Shown here: piece after piece, positions 25,952 through 34,959 of the stretch | Layout of the letters: each line of letters opens with the position of its first letter | Position numbering within the stretch: the stretch's first letter is position 1 | Source: Ignavibacteriales bacterium | GTDB lineage: Bacteria; Bacteroidota; Ignavibacteria; Ignavibacteriales; SURF-24 | NCBI GenBank assembly: GCA_036261625.1 | Contig: DATAKL010000009.1 | Coordinates: 1,990-65,989, forward strand | Length of the DNA: 64,000 nt | Direction: 5' to 3' | Translations under genes and position numbers: made by a program | The notes under the pieces: model-generated | What the model was told of the DNA's origin: nothing | Databases searched by the model: none | Seen by the model: only the letters and a program-made list of their open reading frames with translations

Positions 25952-28030
25952 CTATTCTCCCATCTTAATTCTTATATCCAGAGCGTAAATGGCGTTTGTT
26001 TCTGTAATTACCAGGGGATTTATATCGAACTCCTCAATGCGCTTGTTTTCAATCATCATACGGGCTGCCGACTTGATTACTTCCCTCAGGCAGCGGATAT
26101 CGGCCGGAGCCTCCCCGCGGACGCCTTTAATTATCTGCCCGATCTTTGTTTTATTTATCATCTCATTAACATCTGAATCCGACATAAAGGCCGACTTGAT
26201 GAGGGTATCATTGATAATTTCAACATATTTGCCCCCTGTGCCGAACATGATCATAGGACCGAATGACGGGTCACGGAAGCCTCCGAGCAGTATCTCATGC
26301 TTAACTTTAATATAGGGCTGAATAAGAAAACTGTTCAGTGTGAAATTTTTCCGTCCGAACTCCTCCGCCATATTCTTTGCTTCTTTGAGGAGGCTATCCC
26401 TTGAAGGGATGTTAAGCCTTACGGCATTAAATTCAGACTTATGCACTACTTCGCGGCTTACTCCCTTAAGGACTGCCGGAAAGAAGTTTTCCGGAATCGT
26501 GTCCAGCTCTTCCTGTTTAAGAAGAAGCGATTTAACAACAGGTATATTATAGTCCTCCGCAATTTTCAAAACCTCTTCCTGCAGGAGATTCCCCGCGTGA
26601 AATTTGTACCTATCCTCACCCGGGTGTCCGCTTTCTTTCAGACGGCTCGGGAAGCTTTTTTCAATTCTGAATTTTCTTTTCCTGTAGAAGAGCATATTTG
26701 AAATTACTTCTGCCGGATCCTCAGGATTCCGGAAAAGGGGTATTCTTGGGCACGGCCGATGGCGGTAGTAATCCCAGAACTCGGGCAGGGGCATATAAAC
26801 CTGGAAAAGAGGCTTATGGGACTTAATTTCCGAGACAGCCTCCACCACATTGGAAGGCTGAACCATTACGGGCTCAACAAATATGGAAATTACACTGTCT
26901 ACATTCTCATCCTGAAGCAGCAGCTCATTTACCTGGCGGTACGTTTCAGCCGAGCCTCCGGGGAGCAGGTCCACCGGGTTTTCAACGCTTCCCTCGGGAT
27001 GCACTATCTGGCGGAGCTTCATTTTGGTTTCACTTGTCAGTTCAGCTAAAACGAGGTTTTCCTTCTCCAGCGCATCCACGGCAAGAATGGCAGGTCCCCC
27101 TGCATTTGTTACAACTGCCACTTTCTTTCCATTAGGAAGGGGGAAGTTTTCAAAACCCTTTGCCGTATTAAAAAGCTCGTTTAAGTCGTTAACCCTTACA
27201 ATGCCGAACTGGTTTAAGACGGCTTCAACCACCTTATCCATGCTCCCCAGGGCTCCCGTGTGTGAAGATGCGGCTTTCATGCCTCCGGAGGTTTTGCCTG
27301 CCTTTAAGACAATTGCAGGCTTTGTGATTTCGCCTCTTACAAAAGGAGCTATAAATTCCTTTCCGCTGGTAAAGCTTTCAAGGTAGAAAGTGAGTGTTTG
27401 TATATCGCTGTTTGACTGCCAGTAATTTAGGATATCATTTTCATTTATGTCGGCCTTGTTTCCCACGCTGATAAAATGAGCAAAACGGATATCGGTTTCT
27501 CTAAGAGAGTTTAAGACTGCCGCCCCCAAAGCTCCCGACTGCGATAAAAATCCCGTCGAGCCGCACTCGGGCTTTTCAGCAACGAAAGTTGCATTCAGCT
27601 TTATGTCATCCAGAGTATTGATAATGCCCATACAGTTAGGGCCTACAAGGCGGGCGCCCGACTGTTTTATCTTCTGCACAATTCTTTTTTCCGCCTTCGC
27701 GCCTTCAGCACCCACTTCCTTAAAGCCCGCGGTTATAAGCACTATTGATTTTACCCCTTTTTGCAGGATGCTGTCTATGGTCTCCTCGGCCGAGGCCTTG
27801 GGAACGAGCACAACTGCCATATCCACGGGCCTGTCGACTTCCTCAACCGTGTGGTAGCATTTAAGTCCAAGAATTGTTTCGGCCTTAGGGTTAACGGGGA
27901 GTATTTCCCCTTTATAGCCGTAGGAAAGCATGGTTTTAAGGAGCTCGTAGCCGATGCTTTTTTCCTTTGTGGAAGCCCCGGCAACAAGGACGCTTTTAGG
28001 ATAAAAGAAACTGTCCAGCTGGAAATTCAT
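25952..28030 (-). CDS. ADP-forming acetyl-CoA synthetase family protein (fused CoA-binding/ligase and ATP-grasp domains)
   Basis: 692 aa. N-terminal CoA-binding domain (SVLVAGASTKEKSIGY), succinyl-CoA-synthetase-like middle region and a C-terminal ATP-grasp domain. Confidence 0.85.
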   Translation of the reverse strand: MNFQLDSFFYPKSVLVAGASTKEKSIGYELLKTMLSYGYKGEILPVNPKAETILGLKCYHTVEEVDRPVDMAVVLVPKASAEETIDSILQKGVKSIVLITAGFKEVGAEGAKAEKRIVQKIKQSGARLVGPNCMGIINTLDDIKLNATFVAEKPECGSTGFLSQSGALGAAVLNSLRETDIRFAHFISVGNKADINENDILNYWQSNSDIQTLTFYLESFTSGKEFIAPFVRGEITKPAIVLKAGKTSGGMKAASSHTGALGSMDKVVEAVLNQFGIVRVNDLNELFNTAKGFENFPLPNGKKVAVVTNAGGPAILAVDALEKENLVLAELTSETKMKLRQIVHPEGSVENPVDLLPGGSAETYRQVNELLLQDENVDSVISIFVEPVMVQPSNVVEAVSEIKSHKPLFQVYMPLPEFWDYYRHRPCPRIPLFRNPEDPAEVISNMLFYRKRKFRIEKSFPSRLKESGHPGEDRYKFHAGNLLQEEVLKIAEDYNIPVVKSLLLKQEELDTIPENFFPAVLKGVSREVVHKSEFNAVRLNIPSRDSLLKEAKNMAEEFGRKNFTLNSFLIQPYIKVKHEILLGGFRDPSFGPMIMFGTGGKYVEIINDTLIKSAFMSDSDVNEMINKTKIGQIIKGVRGEAPADIRCLREVIKSAARMMIENKRIEEFDINPLVITETNAIYALDIRIKMGE

Positions 28031-28217
28031 TTGAAGTGCTCTCTCTTCTGATTGAAAAATTCCTCCTCAATTATACCATTTTCCCCGGTTCCATTCCACT
28101 TCCCGGAATAAATTGTTTTTAAGTCATTTAGCGAAGCCTCCCCAATTTTCTCCTGCCAAATTATCCCGCTTTTTGCGTATATTTGAATTTATGTTTTAAC
28201 ATTAATAAGAGTGCTAA

Positions 28218-30839
28218 ATGCCTGAGTCTAATACAAGAGAAATTCCTAAAGCTTATAACCCCGGTCAGGTTGAAGACAAGTGGTACTCCTTCTGGGAAGG
28301 AAACCAGCTTTACCATTCCGAGCCGGATAAAAATAAAACTCCTTATACCATAGTTATCCCGCCTCCCAACGTTACGGGTATATTGACTATGGGACACATT
28401 CTTAACAACACCATTCAGGATGTTTTCATCCGCTATAAAAGAATGAAAGGCTTTAACGCCTGCTGGGTGCCGGGAACCGACCACGCCTCAATTGCAACTG
28501 AAACCAAGGTTACAAACTTCCTTAAGGAGCAGGGGATAGATAAAAAGTCGATCGGACGCGAGGAGTTCTTAAAACACTGCTGGGAATGGACTCATAAGTA
28601 CGGCGGCATTATAACCAAACAGCTTAGAAAGCTGGGCGTCAGCTGCGACTGGGAGCGCGAACGCTTTACAATGGATGAGCATTATTACGACAGGGTTATT
28701 GAATCTTTTGTGGACCTCTATAAAAAAGGCAAGATCTACCGCGGCTACCGCATGGTGAACTGGGATCCGGCAAGCAAGTCGGCCATCTCGGATGAAGAGG
28801 TGATCTACCGCCAGGTTAACGGAAAACTCTGGCACCTGAAGTACCCCGTAAAGGACACGGATGAATTTATTATTGTTGCAACCACCCGCCCTGAGACAAT
28901 GCTGGGCGATACGGGTATTGCAGTTAACCCCGAAGACGAAAGATATTTCCACCTTCTGGGCAAAAAGGTTATGCTTCCTATAGTTAACAGGGAGATACCA
29001 ATTTTCTCAGACGAATATGTAGATAAGAATTTCGGCACCGGCGCCGTTAAGGTTACACCCGCCCACGACGTAAATGACTATGAAATGGGTAAGCGTCACG
29101 ACCTGGAGTTTATCAACATCTTTAATCCCGACGCAACAACAAACTCCAATGTGCCGGAAGACCTTCAGGGGCTGGACCGCTATGAAGTAAGAAAGAAAGT
29201 GGTGGAAAAGCTTGAAGCTTTAGGATTCCTTTATAAGATTGAGGACTATACAAATAACGTTGGCTATTCCGAGCGAGGCGGTGTGCCGATTGAACCGTAT
29301 CTTTCGGAACAATGGTTCTTAAAGATGGATGAACTTGCCGCTCCGGCTCTTAAGGTCGTCCGTGACGGACAGATCCACTTCCACCCGGAACACTGGGTTA
29401 AAACCTATGAGCACTGGATGGGAAACATCAAGGACTGGTGCATCTCCCGCCAGCTCTGGTGGGGCCACCGTATTCCTGTCTGGTATAACAATAAGACAAA
29501 TGAGATCTACTGCGACACTAAGCCCCCGCAGGATATAGAAAACTGGCATCAGGATGAAGACGTCCTTGACACGTGGGCTTCAAGCTGGCTCTGGGCTTTT
29601 GACGTATTTACAACAAAAGAAGAGCAGGATTACTACTACCCCACAGATACACTTGTTACAGCTCCCGACATCATATTCTTCTGGGTTGCAAGAATGATTA
29701 TGGCAGGGCTTGAATTTAAGCAGGACATCCCGTTCCGCGACGTCTATTTTACGAGCGTCATACGCGACATGCAGGGAAGGAAAATGAGCAAATCGCTCGG
29801 AAACTCCCCCGATCCTCTTGACGTTATTGCCGAATACGGCGCCGATGCCTTAAGGTTCAGTGTACTTTATCTTGCACCACTCGGGCAGGACGTTCTCTTC
29901 AGCACCGAAAAATGCGAGATCGGACGCAACTTCGCCAATAAGATCTGGAACGCAGGCCGTTACCTGCTCATGAATGCACAAACTATTAAGCTCGATGAAT
30001 CTCTTAAGGATAAGCACCTCGACTTTGCCGACAGGTGGATCACTTCACGCTTCGAGAGCACACTTCACGCAGTAAACGAGGCCATGAACAGTTTCGACGT
30101 AAACGGCGTAGTTAAAATTATTTATTCCTTCGTATGGAATGACTTCTGCGACTGGTACATTGAAATGTCAAAAAGCCGCCTTTACTCCGATGATGAAGAG
30201 GTTAAGTCGGCCGTCCTTACAAGAGCTATCAGTCTCTTTGAGGAAATGCTTAAGATTGTCCATCCTTTCATGCCTTTTATAACCGAAGAGATCTGGCACC
30301 TCGTAAGAGAAAGAGGGGATAAGGAAAGCATATCGCTTGAGAACTTCCCAGAGGAAAACCCCTCTTTGATCAACACAGAAGCTGAAAAGGAAATCGAGTT
30401 CGTTCAGGATATCGTAACATCCATACGTAATATCAGAGGGGAAATGAATATTCCGCCCTCGAAGTCTGTGGACGTATACGTTAAAGGGCAGGAACTGACC
30501 GAGAACGAAAAGGTATACATAAGGAAGCTGGGCAAGGTGGAAAACCTCTTCGGGGGGCTTGATCTTCAGAAGCCGAAGGCTTCAGCCTCAGCTGTTGTAA
30601 AGGATTCCGAAATATTCATTCCTCTTGAAGGCATTATAGATCTGGACGTTGAGCGCACGCGTCTTCAAAAGGATATTCAGCGCCTTGAAGGAAGCCTAAC
30701 GGGCGTTAACAAAAAACTCTCCAGCGAAAGCTTTGTCAATAATGCTCCCAAAGACATTGTTGAAAAAGAAAGGCAGAAGAAAGCCGACTGGGAAGAAAAG
30801 CTCGGTAAGCTTAAGGCAATGCTGGAAGATCTGAAATAA
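28218..30839 (+). CDS. valS: valine--tRNA ligase
   Basis: HIGH-type PPPNVTGILTMGH, KMSKS (RKMSKSLGN), an editing-domain insert and a C-terminal coiled coil. 873 aa. Confidence 0.97.
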   Translation: MPESNTREIPKAYNPGQVEDKWYSFWEGNQLYHSEPDKNKTPYTIVIPPPNVTGILTMGHILNNTIQDVFIRYKRMKGFNACWVPGTDHASIATETKVTNFLKEQGIDKKSIGREEFLKHCWEWTHKYGGIITKQLRKLGVSCDWERERFTMDEHYYDRVIESFVDLYKKGKIYRGYRMVNWDPASKSAISDEEVIYRQVNGKLWHLKYPVKDTDEFIIVATTRPETMLGDTGIAVNPEDERYFHLLGKKVMLPIVNREIPIFSDEYVDKNFGTGAVKVTPAHDVNDYEMGKRHDLEFINIFNPDATTNSNVPEDLQGLDRYEVRKKVVEKLEALGFLYKIEDYTNNVGYSERGGVPIEPYLSEQWFLKMDELAAPALKVVRDGQIHFHPEHWVKTYEHWMGNIKDWCISRQLWWGHRIPVWYNNKTNEIYCDTKPPQDIENWHQDEDVLDTWASSWLWAFDVFTTKEEQDYYYPTDTLVTAPDIIFFWVARMIMAGLEFKQDIPFRDVYFTSVIRDMQGRKMSKSLGNSPDPLDVIAEYGADALRFSVLYLAPLGQDVLFSTEKCEIGRNFANKIWNAGRYLLMNAQTIKLDESLKDKHLDFADRWITSRFESTLHAVNEAMNSFDVNGVVKIIYSFVWNDFCDWYIEMSKSRLYSDDEEVKSAVLTRAISLFEEMLKIVHPFMPFITEEIWHLVRERGDKESISLENFPEENPSLINTEAEKEIEFVQDIVTSIRNIRGEMNIPPSKSVDVYVKGQELTENEKVYIRKLGKVENLFGGLDLQKPKASASAVVKDSEIFIPLEGIIDLDVERTRLQKDIQRLEGSLTGVNKKLSSESFVNNAPKDIVEKERQKKADWEEKLGKLKAMLEDLK

Positions 30840-30856
30840 TTTATTACTTTCTTTCT

Positions 30857-30885
30857 CAGGAGGCTTACATATTGTAAGCCTCCTG
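30857..30885 (+). terminator. stem-loop after valS
   Basis: CAGGAGGCTTACA-tat-TGTAAGCCTCCTG, a 13-bp perfect stem 18 nt after the stop. No T-run. Confidence 0.55.
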
Positions 30886-31011
30886 AATTCTCCACCGGTT
30901 AATGTGCTATTGAGCATGGATACGGCTATTCCAATTGAAGTAAATGATTTTTTTTCTAGATTGTACTTATAGGCAAAGTGGAGCAGTCTTTTAACAATAA
31001 TATTTACCTGA

Positions 31012-31854
31012 ATGGAAGAAGAACCCAACAAAGAAGAACCCGGAAAAGAACCCGAACCTGAAAAGGCATCTGAATCGGGGAATGGACCTTTCGAAAGACC
31101 GGAAGAAGAAACCGGCGAAGGGGATACTGCAGGACGCCAGGAAACCACAGGACGCCAGGAAACCACAGGCGGAGAAGAGCATCATCAGGTTCCGCCTCCG
31201 GCAGGGGAAGCTCCATATTCCGGGACTTACTACCGCAAAAGGCTCCATAAATCCAGAACCAACAGGATTCTTTTCGGCGTATGCGGGGGCCTGGGGGAAT
31301 ATCTGAACATCGATCCCGTAATAATCAGGCTTATTTTTATCTTAAGTTTTCTTCTTGGCGGCTGGGGCTTTCTGATATATATTATAGCGGCCATTGTAAT
31401 GCCCGGAAGTCCCAGGACTGAAGCAGCGCCTGAAAGTGAGGAAAGTATCAGTTCCGAGAACAGCAAGATTATACTGGGCGGGGCATTAATTCTCTTCGGG
31501 CTTTATGCTCTTTTAAGGACAACGGGGTTTTTGCGTGTATTCAGTTTCTTCGGCATAACTCACGAATTTATTATTCCACTCATACTCATTGTGCTGGGAA
31601 TTGTACTGCTTACAAAGCACAGGGAATTTTTCTACAGGGAAGCTCCCGCCAGCAGAAAGCTCACACGTTCCAGTACGAACAGGATGATTGCGGGGGTCTG
31701 CTCGGGGCTGGGGAATTATCTAAATATTGATCCCACGCTTATAAGGATAATCTGGGTCATCTTAACTTTCGGATCCTTTGGGATCGGCATACTGATTTAT
31801 ATTCTTTTTGCTCTTTTAGTTCCTTTAGACAGCGAGGTAAATCTTGAGAAATGA
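31012..31854 (+). CDS. PspC domain-containing membrane protein (two PspC domains)
   Basis: Two copies of the PspC motif (RILFGVCGGLGEYLNIDPVIIRLIFIL and RMIAGVCSGLGNYLNIDPTLIRIIWVIL). Acidic low-complexity N-terminus. Confidence 0.8.
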   Translation: MEEEPNKEEPGKEPEPEKASESGNGPFERPEEETGEGDTAGRQETTGRQETTGGEEHHQVPPPAGEAPYSGTYYRKRLHKSRTNRILFGVCGGLGEYLNIDPVIIRLIFILSFLLGGWGFLIYIIAAIVMPGSPRTEAAPESEESISSENSKIILGGALILFGLYALLRTTGFLRVFSFFGITHEFIIPLILIVLGIVLLTKHREFFYREAPASRKLTRSSTNRMIAGVCSGLGNYLNIDPTLIRIIWVILTFGSFGIGILIYILFALLVPLDSEVNLEK

Positions 31855-32350
31855 CAATTCTGCGCTCAGCCTGGTTTTCATTGCCATAATAGCTGCTTAC
31901 ATCTTAAAGCTCTTCGGTGTTATAACACTGAGCACCGGAAAGATAGTAGCCTACGCTTTTTTACTTTACGGCATAGTTTCAGTTTATCTTACCATGGGGA
32001 CGCACAGGAGGGCAGGACTATTCTTTGGGACGGCCATTTTTCTTACGGGTATAGTTTTATTTATTGTAGAGTACTTCGATATAATTCAGCCCGGGATACT
32101 GGTTCTGCCGGCCCTGCTTTTTATTATAGGCATAGGATTTCTTATGCTCTTCTTCGACGATTTTTCAAACCGGGTATTTCTTTACACCTCAGGCACGCTT
32201 GTATTTTTCTCCATCCTCTCGGCATTTCTAACCAGGCGTTTCCCGATGTTCGGCTTTGCGAACAGGGTTAGCTCGGGACTTTTGGACTACTACCCCGTTT
32301 TCCTAATACTCCTCGGCATATACATTCTTCTTAACAGGAAGAGGCAGTGA
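31844..32350 (+). CDS. polytopic membrane protein (LiaF-like context), function unknown
   Basis: 168 aa with ~5 TM helices. TTG start overlapping the PspC gene stop. The start site is uncertain. Confidence 0.5.
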   Translation: MRNDNSALSLVFIAIIAAYILKLFGVITLSTGKIVAYAFLLYGIVSVYLTMGTHRRAGLFFGTAIFLTGIVLFIVEYFDIIQPGILVLPALLFIIGIGFLMLFFDDFSNRVFLYTSGTLVFFSILSAFLTRRFPMFGFANRVSSGLLDYYPVFLILLGIYILLNRKRQ

Positions 32351-32461
32351 TTCTTTCTAATTTTCCGGGCGGAACTTTAAGCCCGGATGCAATTTTCTTC
32401 TAAATTAAGTAACTTAAGTTAGTTCATCACAAAATACTAATAAAACTAATGAGACAGTTAT

Positions 32462-32749
32462 ATGAATCTGCATGAATTAAGACAGAAAAGGGATCGCATT
32501 TTGCAGATAGCCTCTCTTTACGGGGCAAGGGATCTGCGGATTTTTGGTTCCATTGCCCGAAACGAGCAGACTGAAAGCAGTGATGTGGACATTTTAGCAA
32601 AAATGGAAAAAGGGACGACCTTATTAAGGCATATTTCTCTGGTCCATGCACTTGAAGAAGAATTAGGGATAAAAGTAGATGTGGTTTCTGAAAATGCTAT
32701 TAAAGGCCGAATTAAAGAAAATATTATGCGTGAGGTAATTCAGCTTTGA
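32462..32749 (+). CDS. MNT-type nucleotidyltransferase antitoxin (copy 1)
   Basis: FGSIARNEQTESSDVDIL (GS..DxD minimal nucleotidyltransferase motif). 4-nt overlap with the HEPN gene. About 90 percent nt identity to 50388-50675 by eye. Confidence 0.9.
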   Translation: MNLHELRQKRDRILQIASLYGARDLRIFGSIARNEQTESSDVDILAKMEKGTTLLRHISLVHALEEELGIKVDVVSENAIKGRIKENIMREVIQL

Positions 32750-33087
32750 GAAATGATACTGAATGGCTGAAAGATATTTTAGATGAAATTGCGCTGATTG
32801 AAAAGTATTCAGTGAAAGGAGAACTAGCCTTCCAGAAGGATGAATTAATTCAGACATGGATGATTCACCACTTGCAGACAATTGGTGAAGCAGCCGGTAA
32901 ACTGTCTGAAAATCTAAAACAAAAATATCCCTCAATCCCCTGGAGAGACATCATCTCCATGCGTAACTTTATAGTGCATCAGTATTTTGGAGTTGACCTG
33001 GAGGAAATCTGGAATACTGTCACCCATGATATCCCGGTTCTGAAAAACAATCTCAATCAAGTCCTAAAGGATCCCGATAATTCTTAG
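32746..33087 (+). CDS. HEPN (DUF86/HepT-type) toxin
   Basis: Rx4-6H motif RNFIVHQY. 113 aa. TTG start overlapping the MNT stop. Confidence 0.85.
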   Translation: MRNDTEWLKDILDEIALIEKYSVKGELAFQKDELIQTWMIHHLQTIGEAAGKLSENLKQKYPSIPWRDIISMRNFIVHQYFGVDLEEIWNTVTHDIPVLKNNLNQVLKDPDNS

Positions 33088-33108
33088 TTGCGTATCCAAA
33101 CTAATCCC

Positions 33109-33159
33109 CGGAGCCGCGGTGGCCTGCCCGTCTTTGACGTGGCCGCGACATGTTCTGAT
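33109..33159. repeat. fragment of the GC-rich hairpin repeat family (copy R5)
   Basis: CGGAGCCGCGGT...CCGCGACATGTTCTGAT matches CGGAGCCGCGGTCAGCCGCGACATGTTCCGAT at 25673-25704. The loop is expanded from about 4 to about 23 nt. Confidence 0.65.
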
Positions 33160-33235
33160 GAGAAGAACCATTTCAGAATTACAATAAATTTGGCTAAATT
33201 CGCGGAAGTGTCTAATATTTAAAGTCATAAATCGT

Positions 33236-34873
33236 ATGAACAACATTACTGCAGCCATCTTATCTATTTTAAACCTTAAAAGATTCACCCGTAAACATAA
33301 GCTGGAAAAGCTAAGGTCTGCTTGGGGTCAGCCTCTTGATCGATTTCACAATTTCGATCTTATAAGGAATTATCATGAACTGGTCTGCACAGACTCTGGG
33401 GATGAATTTGTGGATGATAAAACCTGGTCGGACCTCAATCTTAACGATGTTTACTCCTTAATTGACAGGAATATCAGCGGCCCCGGCAGACAGTATCTTT
33501 ATCACCTGCTTCATAAGTATGAACTGAACGATGACAAACTTGACAGCCGGTTTAACCAGATAAAACTGTTCAAAGAAAACCAGGGAATAAGAGAAAAAAT
33601 ACAATTAGCCCTTCAGAGACTCAGCAGCGACGATACTTACTTTATAATCAGCCTTCTTCTTGGTGAAAAGCCCATAATTCCCAAATATCCCAGGCTGATT
33701 TATTTATCTTCGGCTCTTTCAATTCTTTCTATTCTGGCTGCATTTTACAACAGCACTTTCTTTTTTGCCGTATTGTTTATGGCGGTGCTAAACCTGATAA
33801 TAACTAAAATATATTCTTCCGGGATCTATGAATCCTTCATCGGATTTTCCAATCTAAATAAAATGATAGTTTCAGCAAATGAGCTTGCCGGCTTAGAGTC
33901 TGAAACAGCAATTGAACAGCTTTCTGTTCTTAAGAAACATTCCGGGGTCCTGAAAAAGCTGAATAAAAAAGTTTCCCACCTTGTAATTGATAAATCGCAG
34001 CTTGATACTTTTGCACAAACAGTTATAGAATACTTAAATATGTTCTGCCTGTTCGATCTGGTTGCATACACCAGATCCGTTATCGAATTGTACAAATACA
34101 AGAAAGAGCTTAAAGAGGTTTTTGATGCCGTGGCAAGTCTGGATGCACATATTTCAATTGCATCCTACTTTTGCAGCATCCCTTATTATTCAAAGCCTGA
34201 ATTTATTTCGGGGAACACAATATCCTTCGATGAGGTTTATCATCCATTGATTGATGAAGCGGTACCGAATTCTATAAGCGGGTTAAGCAGGTCGGCTTTG
34301 ATTACCGGGTCCAATATGGCCGGTAAAACCACATTTATTAAATGTATAGGTGTAAACACAATTCTTTCCCAAACACTCGGGTTTACTCTTTCCAGAAGAA
34401 CAGTAATTCCAAAGCTGATTGTCAAATCTTCAATAAAGATCGAAGACAGCATTGCAGATTCCAGGAGTTATTATTTTTCGGAAGTTGAAGAGATTAAAAA
34501 ACTTATCGGTCTGAGCAGAACGGAGAAGAAATATCTTTTTATAATAGATGAGATTTTCAGAGGGACCAATACAGTTGAAAGGCTTGGAATTTCCGCAGCC
34601 GTACTTAAGCAGTTAAACCATAACAACCTGGTGCTGGTTACGACACATGACATTGAGCTTCAGGACCTGCTGGATAACTCATTTTCCATGTATCACTTCA
34701 GTGAGCAGGTAGAAGGAGACAGATACTATTTTGATTTCAGGATAAAGGAAGGTCCCTGTTCCTCCGGCAATGCCATTAAGCTCCTGGAGCTGACAGGCTA
34801 CCCCGAGCAAGTCACTAATGAAGCAAAACAGATCAGCAATAGGATAATAAGCAAAGAAGGAGTAAATATCTAA
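33236..34873 (+). CDS. MutS-domain-V (ABC-like) ATPase with central transmembrane segment; lacks mismatch-binding domains
   Basis: Walker A GSNMAGKTTF, Walker B LFIIDEIFRGTN and TTHDIEL. Hydrophobic helices around aa 150-195 (IYLSSALSILSILAAFY..FFFAVLFMAVLNLIITKIY). No MutS domain I. Confidence 0.8.
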   Translation: MNNITAAILSILNLKRFTRKHKLEKLRSAWGQPLDRFHNFDLIRNYHELVCTDSGDEFVDDKTWSDLNLNDVYSLIDRNISGPGRQYLYHLLHKYELNDDKLDSRFNQIKLFKENQGIREKIQLALQRLSSDDTYFIISLLLGEKPIIPKYPRLIYLSSALSILSILAAFYNSTFFFAVLFMAVLNLIITKIYSSGIYESFIGFSNLNKMIVSANELAGLESETAIEQLSVLKKHSGVLKKLNKKVSHLVIDKSQLDTFAQTVIEYLNMFCLFDLVAYTRSVIELYKYKKELKEVFDAVASLDAHISIASYFCSIPYYSKPEFISGNTISFDEVYHPLIDEAVPNSISGLSRSALITGSNMAGKTTFIKCIGVNTILSQTLGFTLSRRTVIPKLIVKSSIKIEDSIADSRSYYFSEVEEIKKLIGLSRTEKKYLFIIDEIFRGTNTVERLGISAAVLKQLNHNNLVLVTTHDIELQDLLDNSFSMYHFSEQVEGDRYYFDFRIKEGPCSSGNAIKLLELTGYPEQVTNEAKQISNRIISKEGVNI

Positions 34874-34959
34874 ACATCTTCTAAGCAGTTATCCGGCTTC
34901 AGTCCGGAAGACTTTCGATTGTATTTCTTCATTTATCGGGCTGAGTTGAGCCCCTTGTT

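Noticed and set aside
28031-28217. T-box or other leader upstream of valS (and of proS at 9119-9199)
   Set aside because: No specifier-loop or T-box consensus and no terminator/antiterminator pair is visible. Only a TATATTTG box at 28178-28185 resembles a Bacteroidota-type -7 element, which is too weak to annotate.
31843-31855. The 12-mer TTGAGAAATGAC at the PspC gene end also occurs at the MNT/HEPN junctions (32746 and 50672)
   Set aside because: Flanking sequence shows no further similarity. It is most simply a short chance or convergent stop/start overlap motif, and I could not support a recombination scar.
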